Positions 28,967-38,216 of a stretch of DNA of 64,000 nt are shown piece after piece (the first letter of the stretch is position 1; the number at the start of each line of letters is the position of its first letter). The position numbers and the translations under genes were made by a program. Source of the stretch: Armatimonadota bacterium (lineage in GTDB: Bacteria; Armatimonadota; UBA5829; DTLH01); contig JAKPFN010000089.1 in assembly GCA_029551395.1 (NCBI GenBank), forward strand, positions 6,045-70,044, in the 5' to 3' direction. A model generated the notes under the pieces. The model had not been told where the DNA came from. It did not search any database and was given only the letters and a program-made list of their open reading frames with translations.

Positions 28967-30472
28967 CTACGGTCTCAGGTAGCGAAGGTAGGTGTAGGTT
29001 ATCGTGTGCTTTTGACCTGGTGGGACGTTTATCTGGCATCTCATAGAGCTTTTAGGGTTCAGGCCGTCTGAGCTTTGCGGCTGGGACTGCACTTCTGCGT
29101 TATCAGTGACTTCCGTTACCTTGCCCTGGACTGACCAGGTTACTTCTACCTCAGATGTCTCGTTTCTAAGGTTTTCCACAATCAGTTGCCCCTGGCTGAC
29201 TACAGGAATATACTCCCGGCTGGATATGACCTGAGTTGGCTGCCGCTCAAGTTCCATTTCTTTGACGGCTGTTCTGATATCTGTAGTGGTTGTCAGTTTG
29301 AGTCTGCCTTCAGCCTTGGGAGAGATATACTTCATATAATCCTGGCTTACCGGTTTACCGTTCTGGACTACCATCACAGGGCCTGTTGTAAGCGGGGCAT
29401 CCAGGGTGTTTTTGATGGCAACGTGCTGATATACCTCTTTGCCTGAGTCAACATCCCACGTGAAAACAACCCGATACGGCACAGTACCGGTCATAATAGT
29501 TGTCATGACAACATCTCCGATTGCCAGGTCCAGTTCCTGTTTGTCATAGAAGTAGAGCGACTGCAGTCCTTCCACTGGAATATTGCTGATGGGAGTTCCT
29601 GTTACGGCTGTTTCATCTTCTTTATACAGCATATCTGCAGACCTGCTGTTACTTATGGCCTGTGATGGTCCTGCTACTGATGGAGGCATTGCTGACAGTA
29701 CAGCCGCTCCTAGTGAGTGAGCAGTCAGAGGGTCCAACTGGTTCTTCAGTGCGAAATTTGGCACTCCAACTACAAAGAGAATATTGCAGTCATCTAAGTC
29801 CTCTACTGTGTTGGTTATGGTGGCTTTCAGAGTTATCCGAGCTTCCTTTGGACTGATAAGATCGAGTGTGTAGGTAGGTGTCCAGTTGATGCCCTGCTGG
29901 AGATACCCCATCCGCACGGTCACATCGTTAACAGGCTTGGAATTGTCTACCTGTATGAGCAGCGGTTGCCCCAGGATACGTGCTGTTTTGACATCTTTTA
30001 TCTGGACGACTTTGACATCCTTACCGGATTTTACTAGTATGAGATCGTTCATCACACCCAGCAGTTCGCCTTCAGTGACGACTTCAGGGGTTGTCAGGCT
30101 GATCTGCACTCCCGTATAGTCTCCAAGCGTCTGCACGAGTTCATTCGGAGACTCAAACTTGATCATGTTTTTGCTGGTAGAGCGGATAGTGTTGACAGCC
30201 GTACCGTTTTCGAGAGTGTAGAACCAGAAAGTACCTGCTGTGGCTCGTGGGATGTAGTCGGTCATGCACCAGCCATCTATCAGGTGCGCTCTACCTTCTC
30301 TGAGGAAGAAGCCGTAACCGTCTTTGAATATGGCTACAGTCTTCGTTTTTGTTTTGAACGTGTTTCCGGGCAAGGCAGCCGCAGACTTACCTTCAGCTCC
30401 GTAGCTTAATACAGCCAGTGTTGATAGAGCCAGAATTATTGCAGTACAGGTCAAAAACCAGAACTTTTTCAT
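28967..30472 (-). CDS. Secreted hypothetical protein
   Basis: 501 aa with signal peptide 'MKKFWFLTCTAIILALSTLAVLSYGAEG'. Beta-rich. No motif recognised with confidence. Confidence 0.4.
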   Translation of the reverse strand: MKKFWFLTCTAIILALSTLAVLSYGAEGKSAAALPGNTFKTKTKTVAIFKDGYGFFLREGRAHLIDGWCMTDYIPRATAGTFWFYTLENGTAVNTIRSTSKNMIKFESPNELVQTLGDYTGVQISLTTPEVVTEGELLGVMNDLILVKSGKDVKVVQIKDVKTARILGQPLLIQVDNSKPVNDVTVRMGYLQQGINWTPTYTLDLISPKEARITLKATITNTVEDLDDCNILFVVGVPNFALKNQLDPLTAHSLGAAVLSAMPPSVAGPSQAISNSRSADMLYKEDETAVTGTPISNIPVEGLQSLYFYDKQELDLAIGDVVMTTIMTGTVPYRVVFTWDVDSGKEVYQHVAIKNTLDAPLTTGPVMVVQNGKPVSQDYMKYISPKAEGRLKLTTTTDIRTAVKEMELERQPTQVISSREYIPVVSQGQLIVENLRNETSEVEVTWSVQGKVTEVTDNAEVQSQPQSSDGLNPKSSMRCQINVPPGQKHTITYTYLRYLRP

Positions 30473-30535
30473 CAGAGTCCTCCTCTAGTGTTTTGTCACT
30501 AGAGTTAGACCTGTTGAATAGCTGTTTCCTTCAAA

Positions 30536-33500
30536 TCAATCCGACGCTTGCCGGCATTTATAATTACAGTAAATGCAGTGAGGGCCTTTTTTCTCCGGGA
30601 ACTTTCCTTTGATCATATCTTGAGCGGTTTTGTTGATAAGATCATACACGTGTTGAGTCAACTCCGGTGTTACTTTCATTGAAGAGTCGCTCCCATTGCC
30701 AAGGTCGATCAACACTGCATCCGACAGCTTCACTCCCAGGCATTTTTCCACTGCCAGAGCATACAGTCCGACCTGCATCCGGTAGGTTTCCTTATCAACA
30801 CCTGCTCCAGTTTTGTAATCAGCCACAACCCAGCCTGAATCAGATTTGAACAACAGGTCTATCCGTCCCAATAGGTTGAATCCATCGAACCTTGCTGAAA
30901 ACGGCACCTCCTGCATCCTTTCCTGGGCTGATTTGATTTTCTCTAGCCAAGGAGAGGAAAGGAGTTTGTCACATGCGGATATAATAAGGCCGCGAAGCAC
31001 AGGATTTTGATGTTTTACTAGATCGTTAACCTGAGTTTTGATGTCTTGACTGAAGTCAACGGCTGCAAGCACGTCATGCACAGCCGTACCAAGGTCCAGG
31101 GCAGAATAACTCACAGTTTCATCAGGCAGTTCCTGCTCCTTTGTTGTCTGGTCTTCGACTCCAAGCACCCATTGGAGATAATACCTCCGTGGGCACTCCA
31201 GATATGCAAGCAATCGGCTGACTGTTAACCTCAGTGAGTCTTCTCCTGATGCACTACACTCAGCAATACACCGTTTGACGATATCCAGACAGTCAGTTTT
31301 CGATGGTATGCTCTTGCCAAACATCAGTTCATCACGATATAGTTCGAGCGCAGGGGGAAATCGTTTTACGGCCGTAATATCTGCAGACGACCCTGTATTG
31401 AGCAACACAGGAACATCTCCCGCTGCAAGGTTCCCTATACCATTCACAGGACTGGAGTCTATGTCAAATGCCTTTTCAACCCATCCTGCCCAACTGCTTA
31501 TTTCGCTGTAAGTCTTTTTCTCGATTTTTCTGCCCTTGTAGTCGCAGTAGCCGCTGATGATAAGAAGCTCCTCAGCCCTTGTTGCCGCAACATAAAGCAG
31601 CCGCTTCTCTTCTCTGATATCCTTGTTCTTGAGCGAGTCAGAGACTGATTTGTAAGCGTCTGTCTCTACCCATTCATCTGTAAGCGGGTTTTTGAGCCTG
31701 CATGCAATTCCAGTATTCTTGCCGACTTTAAATGGTGACCTGTCACTATCCCTTGGTTCCCTTGAACAGTCTGCAACTATCACAACAGGCGCTTGCAGCC
31801 CTTTTGCTTTATGGACGGTCATCAACCTGACTACGGAACTGTCTTCGGTCTCAGTGGCAGCCTCGCTTTCCCGCTCTCCAACAACCATCATGTTCTCTAT
31901 GTAGCGGATAAAATCAGCAAGCGAGAACAACCGGCTTGTTTCAAAGCCCTGTGCAATATCCAGAAGCTTCCCAATGTTGGCGAACTTTCTTTTGCCGCTT
32001 ACCGAAGCCAGTAATTTGAGGTCATACTGTGTATCAGATATTGCCTTGTCCAACAGGCGGGTAATCCTGCTGTCTGAACGTATGCTGTGGAGTTCCGCAA
32101 GAGTCTGCCAGAACTTAGCCAGCTTCTCCCGGTCTGTTTCATTGAGTTCTTTAATCTGTTCTAACTGAGATAGTCCTGAGTATAGCTTCCCGATGTTCCT
32201 GTTTCTTGCCGGAAGATAACTCTCGTCTTCCGAAATCTCATCGAATTCAACCTCATTGTGGCTGCGGGTAAGCCACCAGAGCGCGTCATCCGAGATTGAG
32301 ACCATCGGAGACCGCAGCACTCCGGCCATTGCCACATCATCCATAGGGTTTTCGACCACGCGAAGCAGGTTGAGAATATCCTGGACCTCATGAGTCGAAT
32401 AAAACCCTCTTCCGCTGACTACATAACAGTCTATTCCAGCTTCATTCAGCACTCTTTCATAAAGCGGGATAGATTTAGTCGCGCGGAACAGGAGCATTAT
32501 GTCGCCAGGTTTAAGGTCTCGCGGCTTGCCATTCTCGTCTTTCTTCTTTGTTACCTGGAACGGCTTGTCTCCGTTTATTCCAAGCAGTTGGTTTATCCTG
32601 TTGGCTATGGCCCTTGCTTCCTGAAGCCTGCACTCGTCGGTTGAACCGTTCTTTTGGATGAATAACAGTTCTACATCAGTCCCAGGTCTATCATGGAACA
32701 AGCCTTTTGCCTCTAGTTCTTCAAACTCGAAGTCCTGGTCTTCTTCCCAGAGACGAGCAAACAACCAGTTGACGAACCCGATTATGTCAGGCCGGCTGCG
32801 GAAGTTCTCCTGAAACGCAAGCCCGACTCCTTTGCCCTTTTTGATTGCATCATGGTGCTCTCTGAAGACATCGACATCGCTGTGAATGAACCCAAATATG
32901 CTCTGCTTAATGTCTCCTACAGTAAAGAATCTGTCAGGTTGAGTTACTGCCTGCACAATGCTCTTTTGCAGGGAGTTTGTGTCCTGAAACTCGTCCATTA
33001 CCACGAATTTGAACTTGTTCAGGTAGTCTTCTGCAATCTGGGTGCACGTGCCGTCCGGCTTGATTAGCAGATCCCTTGCAGTAAGAAGCAGGTCATCGAA
33101 ATCTAGCGCTCCGACTCTCTTTTTTGCCTCCCAGTAGGCGCATCTGAAGTCCTGAGTGACCTTCTTCAGGCAGTTTACATAGTAGTTTGCCATCGGTTGG
33201 ATCAGCGTATCCAGGAACTGCTTTGCCGTTTCCTTTGCAGGCTTCACGTAATTCTCTTTGACTTCCTTGCTTCCCACATTTCCCGGCACGAAGTTGGCTA
33301 TGTATGTCAGTTCGTTAAATACATCCCAGTCGAATGTCAGGAAGTATTTTTCAGGGTCAGAGATGAGGAGCCAGCAGGATGCTTCCATCATCTTGGACTT
33401 CAGAGGCTCGTATTTTTGTGCGAATTCTTTCAACCGCTCAGCAAACGCATCCGTCAGTTTTCCTGAATAGAGTTGAGCTAGAAGCTGTTCGATGATTTCA

Positions 33501-34132
33501 AAATACTGGTCTGCAAGAGCCTGAGGGTTAGCAGATACAAGTTGAGCATGGCCTATGTCCGATACCTCTTTGCCCAGGCTTGCCAGATGACTGTGCAGCT
33601 TCTTTACACCATGTTTGATGCTGTCTTTACCGAATGCGTAAGCCAGGTCGAGATACTCTTTGGTTCCTTTTTCGTATTCAATTGCAATCAGTTCTTCTAG
33701 AACGTTGTCTTTTATAGTCTCAGCTTCGGCATCTGCAAGCAGAGAGAACTTAGGGTCTACTCCTGCTTCAAAAGAGTTTTCTCTCAACAACCGTGAAGCA
33801 AACGAGTGAATTGTCCCTATGTAAGCTGATTCCACGCTCCGGCGGGCTTCTTCGAACCTCGGGTCTTTCGTGTCTTCGTAATGCTTTTCGAACCGCTGGA
33901 CTATCCGTTCCTTCATCTCTTTCGCTGCTTTTTCTGTGAAGGTAACGGTCAGGATTTCGTCCACTTTAGCCAGACGATTCTCTACAATCCGGCAGAACCG
34001 TTCAACGAGCACCGCTGTCTTGCCTGAGCCTGCTCCTGCAGAGACCGATACATTCCTGTCCAGCGTTTCGATTGCTTCCTGCTGACTTCTTGTGAACTTA
34101 AGCGTGCTCATTGGCGTCCTCCTCGGCATCAT
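30536..34132 (-). CDS. addA: ATP-dependent helicase/nuclease subunit A (AddA/UvrD-like helicase with a C-terminal RecB-family nuclease)
   Basis: 1198 aa. N-terminus 'FTRSQQEAIETLDRNVSVSAGAGSGKTAVLVERF' (UvrD helicase motif I). C-terminal PD-(D/E)XK nuclease 'GRIDLLFKSDSGWVVADYKTG', followed by a Cys cluster 'CIYCNYKC'. Confidence 0.85.
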   Translation of the reverse strand: MMPRRTPMSTLKFTRSQQEAIETLDRNVSVSAGAGSGKTAVLVERFCRIVENRLAKVDEILTVTFTEKAAKEMKERIVQRFEKHYEDTKDPRFEEARRSVESAYIGTIHSFASRLLRENSFEAGVDPKFSLLADAEAETIKDNVLEELIAIEYEKGTKEYLDLAYAFGKDSIKHGVKKLHSHLASLGKEVSDIGHAQLVSANPQALADQYFEIIEQLLAQLYSGKLTDAFAERLKEFAQKYEPLKSKMMEASCWLLISDPEKYFLTFDWDVFNELTYIANFVPGNVGSKEVKENYVKPAKETAKQFLDTLIQPMANYYVNCLKKVTQDFRCAYWEAKKRVGALDFDDLLLTARDLLIKPDGTCTQIAEDYLNKFKFVVMDEFQDTNSLQKSIVQAVTQPDRFFTVGDIKQSIFGFIHSDVDVFREHHDAIKKGKGVGLAFQENFRSRPDIIGFVNWLFARLWEEDQDFEFEELEAKGLFHDRPGTDVELLFIQKNGSTDECRLQEARAIANRINQLLGINGDKPFQVTKKKDENGKPRDLKPGDIMLLFRATKSIPLYERVLNEAGIDCYVVSGRGFYSTHEVQDILNLLRVVENPMDDVAMAGVLRSPMVSISDDALWWLTRSHNEVEFDEISEDESYLPARNRNIGKLYSGLSQLEQIKELNETDREKLAKFWQTLAELHSIRSDSRITRLLDKAISDTQYDLKLLASVSGKRKFANIGKLLDIAQGFETSRLFSLADFIRYIENMMVVGERESEAATETEDSSVVRLMTVHKAKGLQAPVVIVADCSREPRDSDRSPFKVGKNTGIACRLKNPLTDEWVETDAYKSVSDSLKNKDIREEKRLLYVAATRAEELLIISGYCDYKGRKIEKKTYSEISSWAGWVEKAFDIDSSPVNGIGNLAAGDVPVLLNTGSSADITAVKRFPPALELYRDELMFGKSIPSKTDCLDIVKRCIAECSASGEDSLRLTVSRLLAYLECPRRYYLQWVLGVEDQTTKEQELPDETVSYSALDLGTAVHDVLAAVDFSQDIKTQVNDLVKHQNPVLRGLIISACDKLLSSPWLEKIKSAQERMQEVPFSARFDGFNLLGRIDLLFKSDSGWVVADYKTGAGVDKETYRMQVGLYALAVEKCLGVKLSDAVLIDLGNGSDSSMKVTPELTQHVYDLINKTAQDMIKGKFPEKKGPHCIYCNYKCRQASD

Positions 34133-37100
34133 CTTTCACTAGCGCAGCCTTCTGTAGAATCTGGCTGTAATCATCAGTCCTGCAGACACATTTGAATGAG
34201 CAGTAGTCTTTGCAGTCTTTTGGAGCCACGGGGATTTTGCCTGCCCTTATATCCTCAGCAATGCTTATAATGAACTGTTTGCACTGCTTGAGCATAGCAT
34301 CGAAGTCCTGCTCCGACATAGTCCTGTTCTTCTTTTTAATGCCAGAGGCGTCAACGTAGTAGCCATCTGGTTCCCATTTACTAAGTAGACGATACTCTGC
34401 ACCAAGCGCATTGATGTCAAATAGTTGTTCCAGCGCCAGCGCATAAACCATCGCCTGAAGTGTCAACCCTTTTTCGAAGTCAGTGATTTTATTGGATTTC
34501 TTGAACTTATAATCGATAACCAGTCCACCGTCTGAGCAGACATCCACCCTGTCGATCTTCCCTCGTATCTTGACTTTGCAGCCGTTTTCGTTTGTTATCT
34601 CAAGCGGTTTGTCTGTTGAATGGGGATCCCGGTTTCTGTCAGGCATGGGCGGGCTTCCGAACTCTAGCTCGAAGTATGCTGGGATGAGCTGTTCTGGGCC
34701 ATGCTCGATTTCTCCTGTCAGATAGCGTTTCAAATACATCCTCAGAGTGTGACGCTGCAGTTCTAGTTCGTGGGCAGGCAGATGCAGCAGCTTTGAGTTC
34801 TTCTCGATTTCTTCCTGCAAAATCTCAAAAGCTGAATTTATAGTCTGAACGCGGTCGAGTATCCTCAGGTTGAAATCATTGCCATGTTTGGCCTGAAGCT
34901 CGGTCAGCAGCCGGTAGAGCACTTTATGGAGTATCCCGCCGATGTCCAGCGCACCTACTTTGTCTCGTATAGCCTCCAGCCCAAGTATCCTTTGGCAAAA
35001 ATGCATAAACGGGCAGGCTGCGTATGATTCAAGCTCAGTGCATTGGTAAGCCCGGTTGTCATTTGCAAGGTGGTTCAGTATCTTCCGGCAGGTAATGACA
35101 GCTTCTTTATCCCAGCAGTTCTGGAATACCGGGTTAAATCTGCTCGGTTGAGACTCAAGAAATGAGTTATAAGCAGCAAGCGCCGTATCAGCCTGCTCGC
35201 AAGGAATATGCGAAAGCCGATAGACAACAGACCGTTCCAGCCTCGCTATCGTTTCGACCTTCTCGACCGGCGGGATCATATCCGTCACGTCTCTTCCAAT
35301 CGTTACCACATTGCCGTTGAAGAGCTTTCGGACTTCATCCAGGTAGAACGACGGCAGGCTGTCTGTTGCAGTTTCATCAGCGGCGGGATAAGTCAGATAC
35401 AGCTTCTCTCTTGCTGCTGCGGCGGCTGAGAAAAACAGGTGCCGTTCTGTTCCCTGCTGAGGCAGCCGTTCTCTCAATGGGTGTAAAAGATAACGGTTCA
35501 ATACTCTCCGCTCTCGGTCTCTAAGGAAAGACTCCTCCTGAATCTGCCTTGGGAAGACTTTCTCCAGCATTCCAACTACAAACACTGCCCGGAACTTCTG
35601 CCCGCCAAGCCCTGTGACGGAAAGCATCTTTACAGCATCTTGAGTCTTTCCCCGCAGCCTGTAGGTGTCTCTTGATATAGAGCTTTTCAGCAGCCCGAGG
35701 AACTGTGTGGGATTGAGCTTTCTTCTCAGGAGTCTTTCCGTTTGCAGCAGGTCTTGCAGGATGCCTTCAACAGCCCGCGCAGCCGATGAAAACTGCGCCT
35801 GGCTCTCATCATCAGATTTCTGCCTGAACACAGCCGTCAGCTTTTTAACGGCGTTGATGCATTCTTCCACACCCTTGGCTTTTTGTAATTCCTTTTCGAA
35901 CTCAGCAACAGGTCCCAGCACCTTCTTTCTCAGTGCCAGCATAGTATCGGATTCTTCCCACTGTTTGAACCAGTTGTCTCTGCCTTGTAGTATCCCGGCT
36001 TGCTTTGCATCTACTTCCATCTTGCAGGCTGCTGCGAGGTCAGAGTCCATCAGTTCTGATTTGAGTATACGGAAGACATCTGCGCGTCTCCATCCGCCTG
36101 TTATCAGGTCTATGCAGGTTACAAGAAGTTTTGCATAAGCTGTTTCGGCCAAATTCTGTCTGCCAGGTTCCACTGGAATGCCTGAATAGATAAACTCCCG
36201 CTCTATCCGCGCTCTGTAAGTCTCAATTTGCCGCGCAACGATGGCAATATCTCCATATTTAAGCCTCTGATCTCTGGTCAGCCGGCGGATTTCATCCCCA
36301 ATAAGCTCGATTTCTATACCTGGAGTGCCGCCTTCGATGATAGTGACGCTTGCATCCGACGAGATTCTGGCAGGTTCGCGGGAAAAGATATTTGACCTCA
36401 GGTGTTCGATCGCTGTCTGTGGCTGTTCTTGCTGCTTTAGCACAGTCTCGGAAGTCTCGTTAAGCTCAAGAACGAACTTTCGGGTGTCCTCGACCGGCTT
36501 AAAAACTTCCGGTCTGCCTTCAGAGTATGTAAGAGTGACTAAGATTTCACTTACATCCTTTGATGCTTTTTGGAGAAACTCTCGCTGCACGGGCTGAAGG
36601 TCGTTGAAGCCGTCAAACACTATACATTTCAGCTCGCTGAGGTAGTTTTCGTTTTCGAGGACTTCCAGAGCACGCCACATAAGTCCTTCCCGGTCATGCA
36701 GCGCGTTAGCCTCCAGGATTTCTTTCTGATACTGCCAGTAAAGCCGGGAAAGCTCCTGCAGCTTGCGAGAAGATGCCGGAGTGAGTTCACGCGATGCTCT
36801 TTTTATCGCTTCATCAAGCTCATCAGGCTTAACCAGTGATATTTTCAGCTCTCCGATAATTTCACCAAGCGCATCTACAAACCCTGGGAACTCACTGGCT
36901 CTCTTGAAATAGTCAAGATTTGCCTGCTCTACCAGGTTCTGGAGCATAACAGACTTTTGGATGTCTGAGATAAGCTGGCTTGCGAACCCAGCGCGTGAGA
37001 TGAACTCCCTTGTCAAATTGTAAAAGGTAGTGACGACATTCCCGAGGATTCCTGAAATGCCTGCCTGGTCCATAATGCAGTTTTCGACCTGCCGGGCCAT

Positions 37101-37250
37101 CTCTACAGTAGGGACAACGTATCTGACTTCGCGGTTCCACCTGATTGGATCGTATCTGAGGATTCTTTGCACGGCATAGGTGGTCTTTCCACTTCCAACA
37201 TCTCCGGTTACAAGCTCAACAGCCAACTCCCTGCCTCCCATCCAAAGCAT
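34098..37250 (-). CDS. addB: Helicase-nuclease subunit B (AddB; inactive helicase-like N-terminus, RecB-type nuclease with an Fe-S staple)
   Basis: 1050 aa. Walker A 'GDVGSGKTTYAV'. C-terminal nuclease 'GKIDRVDVCSDGGLVIDYKFK' with Cys residues 'CPFMHFC' ... 'CKDYCSFKCVC' that fit the AddB iron-staple pattern. Overlaps addA by ~35 nt. Confidence 0.8.
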   Translation of the reverse strand: MLWMGGRELAVELVTGDVGSGKTTYAVQRILRYDPIRWNREVRYVVPTVEMARQVENCIMDQAGISGILGNVVTTFYNLTREFISRAGFASQLISDIQKSVMLQNLVEQANLDYFKRASEFPGFVDALGEIIGELKISLVKPDELDEAIKRASRELTPASSRKLQELSRLYWQYQKEILEANALHDREGLMWRALEVLENENYLSELKCIVFDGFNDLQPVQREFLQKASKDVSEILVTLTYSEGRPEVFKPVEDTRKFVLELNETSETVLKQQEQPQTAIEHLRSNIFSREPARISSDASVTIIEGGTPGIEIELIGDEIRRLTRDQRLKYGDIAIVARQIETYRARIEREFIYSGIPVEPGRQNLAETAYAKLLVTCIDLITGGWRRADVFRILKSELMDSDLAAACKMEVDAKQAGILQGRDNWFKQWEESDTMLALRKKVLGPVAEFEKELQKAKGVEECINAVKKLTAVFRQKSDDESQAQFSSAARAVEGILQDLLQTERLLRRKLNPTQFLGLLKSSISRDTYRLRGKTQDAVKMLSVTGLGGQKFRAVFVVGMLEKVFPRQIQEESFLRDRERRVLNRYLLHPLRERLPQQGTERHLFFSAAAAAREKLYLTYPAADETATDSLPSFYLDEVRKLFNGNVVTIGRDVTDMIPPVEKVETIARLERSVVYRLSHIPCEQADTALAAYNSFLESQPSRFNPVFQNCWDKEAVITCRKILNHLANDNRAYQCTELESYAACPFMHFCQRILGLEAIRDKVGALDIGGILHKVLYRLLTELQAKHGNDFNLRILDRVQTINSAFEILQEEIEKNSKLLHLPAHELELQRHTLRMYLKRYLTGEIEHGPEQLIPAYFELEFGSPPMPDRNRDPHSTDKPLEITNENGCKVKIRGKIDRVDVCSDGGLVIDYKFKKSNKITDFEKGLTLQAMVYALALEQLFDINALGAEYRLLSKWEPDGYYVDASGIKKKNRTMSEQDFDAMLKQCKQFIISIAEDIRAGKIPVAPKDCKDYCSFKCVCRTDDYSQILQKAALVKDDAEEDANEHA

Positions 37251-37386
37251 GTAGATGCATATTTCTTCTATAAAAGGTTGCTTGCTTCCTTGTTAATAAG
37301 GATATAATCTAAATGGTTGACTGCCAAGTTCAATGGTCAACCTGGTCAAATGGTTTTGCAAAGATTGAAGTATTTGGAGGATTGTA

Positions 37387-38148
37387 ATGGCACGAAGGTT
37401 CGAAGGTAAGGTAGCACTTGTAACCGGCGGCGCGGCTGGATTAGGTTTGGCAACAGCGCTTGCGTTTGCCAGAGAAGGAGCATCTGTAGTTATTGCTGAT
37501 GTGAAGGAAGAAGCAGGTCAGGCTGCTGTTCAGAAGATAACAGACACTGGGGGTAAAGCGATTTTCGTCAAAACAGATGTTTCTCGGGCTGAGGAAGTTA
37601 AAATGCTCATAGACAAGACTGTTGAGACATTCGGACGGCTCGATTGCGCTTTCAATAACGCAGGAATCGAAGGCAAGTCTGCATCAACAGCCGATTGCAC
37701 GGAAGAAAACTGGGACCGAGTGATAAACATCAACTTGAAAGGTCTGTGGCTGTGCATGAAATACGAAATCCCTCAGATGCTCAAACAGGGCGGCGGTGCT
37801 ATTGTGAACATGTCTTCCGTTGCAGGTCTTGTTGGATTTGAAGGTATGCCTGCCTATTGTGCTTCCAAAGGCGGAGTCATACAACTTACCAAAACTGCTG
37901 CCCTGGAATATGCTCGCAATGGAATCAGAGTCAACGCAGTGTGTCCGGGAGGCATCGAGACTGAGATGATAGAGCGCGTCGCTACCACAAGCCCGGAGAT
38001 GAAGCAGAACTTGATTAATATGCATCCTGTTGGCCGGTTGGGAAGGCCGGAAGAAGTGGCTGACGTTGTTCTGTGGCTGTGCTCTGATGAGTCGTCGTTT
38101 GTTACAGGTTATCCCGTTGCTATCGACGGCGGATTTGTTGCGCGGTAG
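37387..38148 (+). CDS. SDR family NAD(P)-dependent oxidoreductase
   Basis: 'KVALVTGGAAGLGLATALAFAREGASVV' (TGxxxGxG) and the catalytic 'YCASKGGVIQLTK' (YxxxK). 253 aa. Confidence 0.85.
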   Translation: MARRFEGKVALVTGGAAGLGLATALAFAREGASVVIADVKEEAGQAAVQKITDTGGKAIFVKTDVSRAEEVKMLIDKTVETFGRLDCAFNNAGIEGKSASTADCTEENWDRVININLKGLWLCMKYEIPQMLKQGGGAIVNMSSVAGLVGFEGMPAYCASKGGVIQLTKTAALEYARNGIRVNAVCPGGIETEMIERVATTSPEMKQNLINMHPVGRLGRPEEVADVVLWLCSDESSFVTGYPVAIDGGFVAR

Positions 38149-38216
38149 TTGTCCGTACTTCCCCGTATTGTCCATCCTGGCTGATTCTGCTATCCTGCCA
38201 GCGGAGGATTGAGCTT

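Noticed and set aside
28760-29071. ORFs 28760..29071 (+) and 28839..29039 (-) inside the inverted-repeat element
   Set aside because: They overlap the palindromic arms and the 3' end of the 28967..30472 gene, and have no RBS. They arise from repeat sequence.
35665-36138. 157-aa ORF (and several 60-120-aa ORFs) antisense within addA/addB, the NuoF::GltD gene and the GH78 gene
   Set aside because: Embedded antisense ORFs in long, well-supported CDSs with biased Ser/Ala/Arg composition. Typical of GC-moderate genomes. No independent support.
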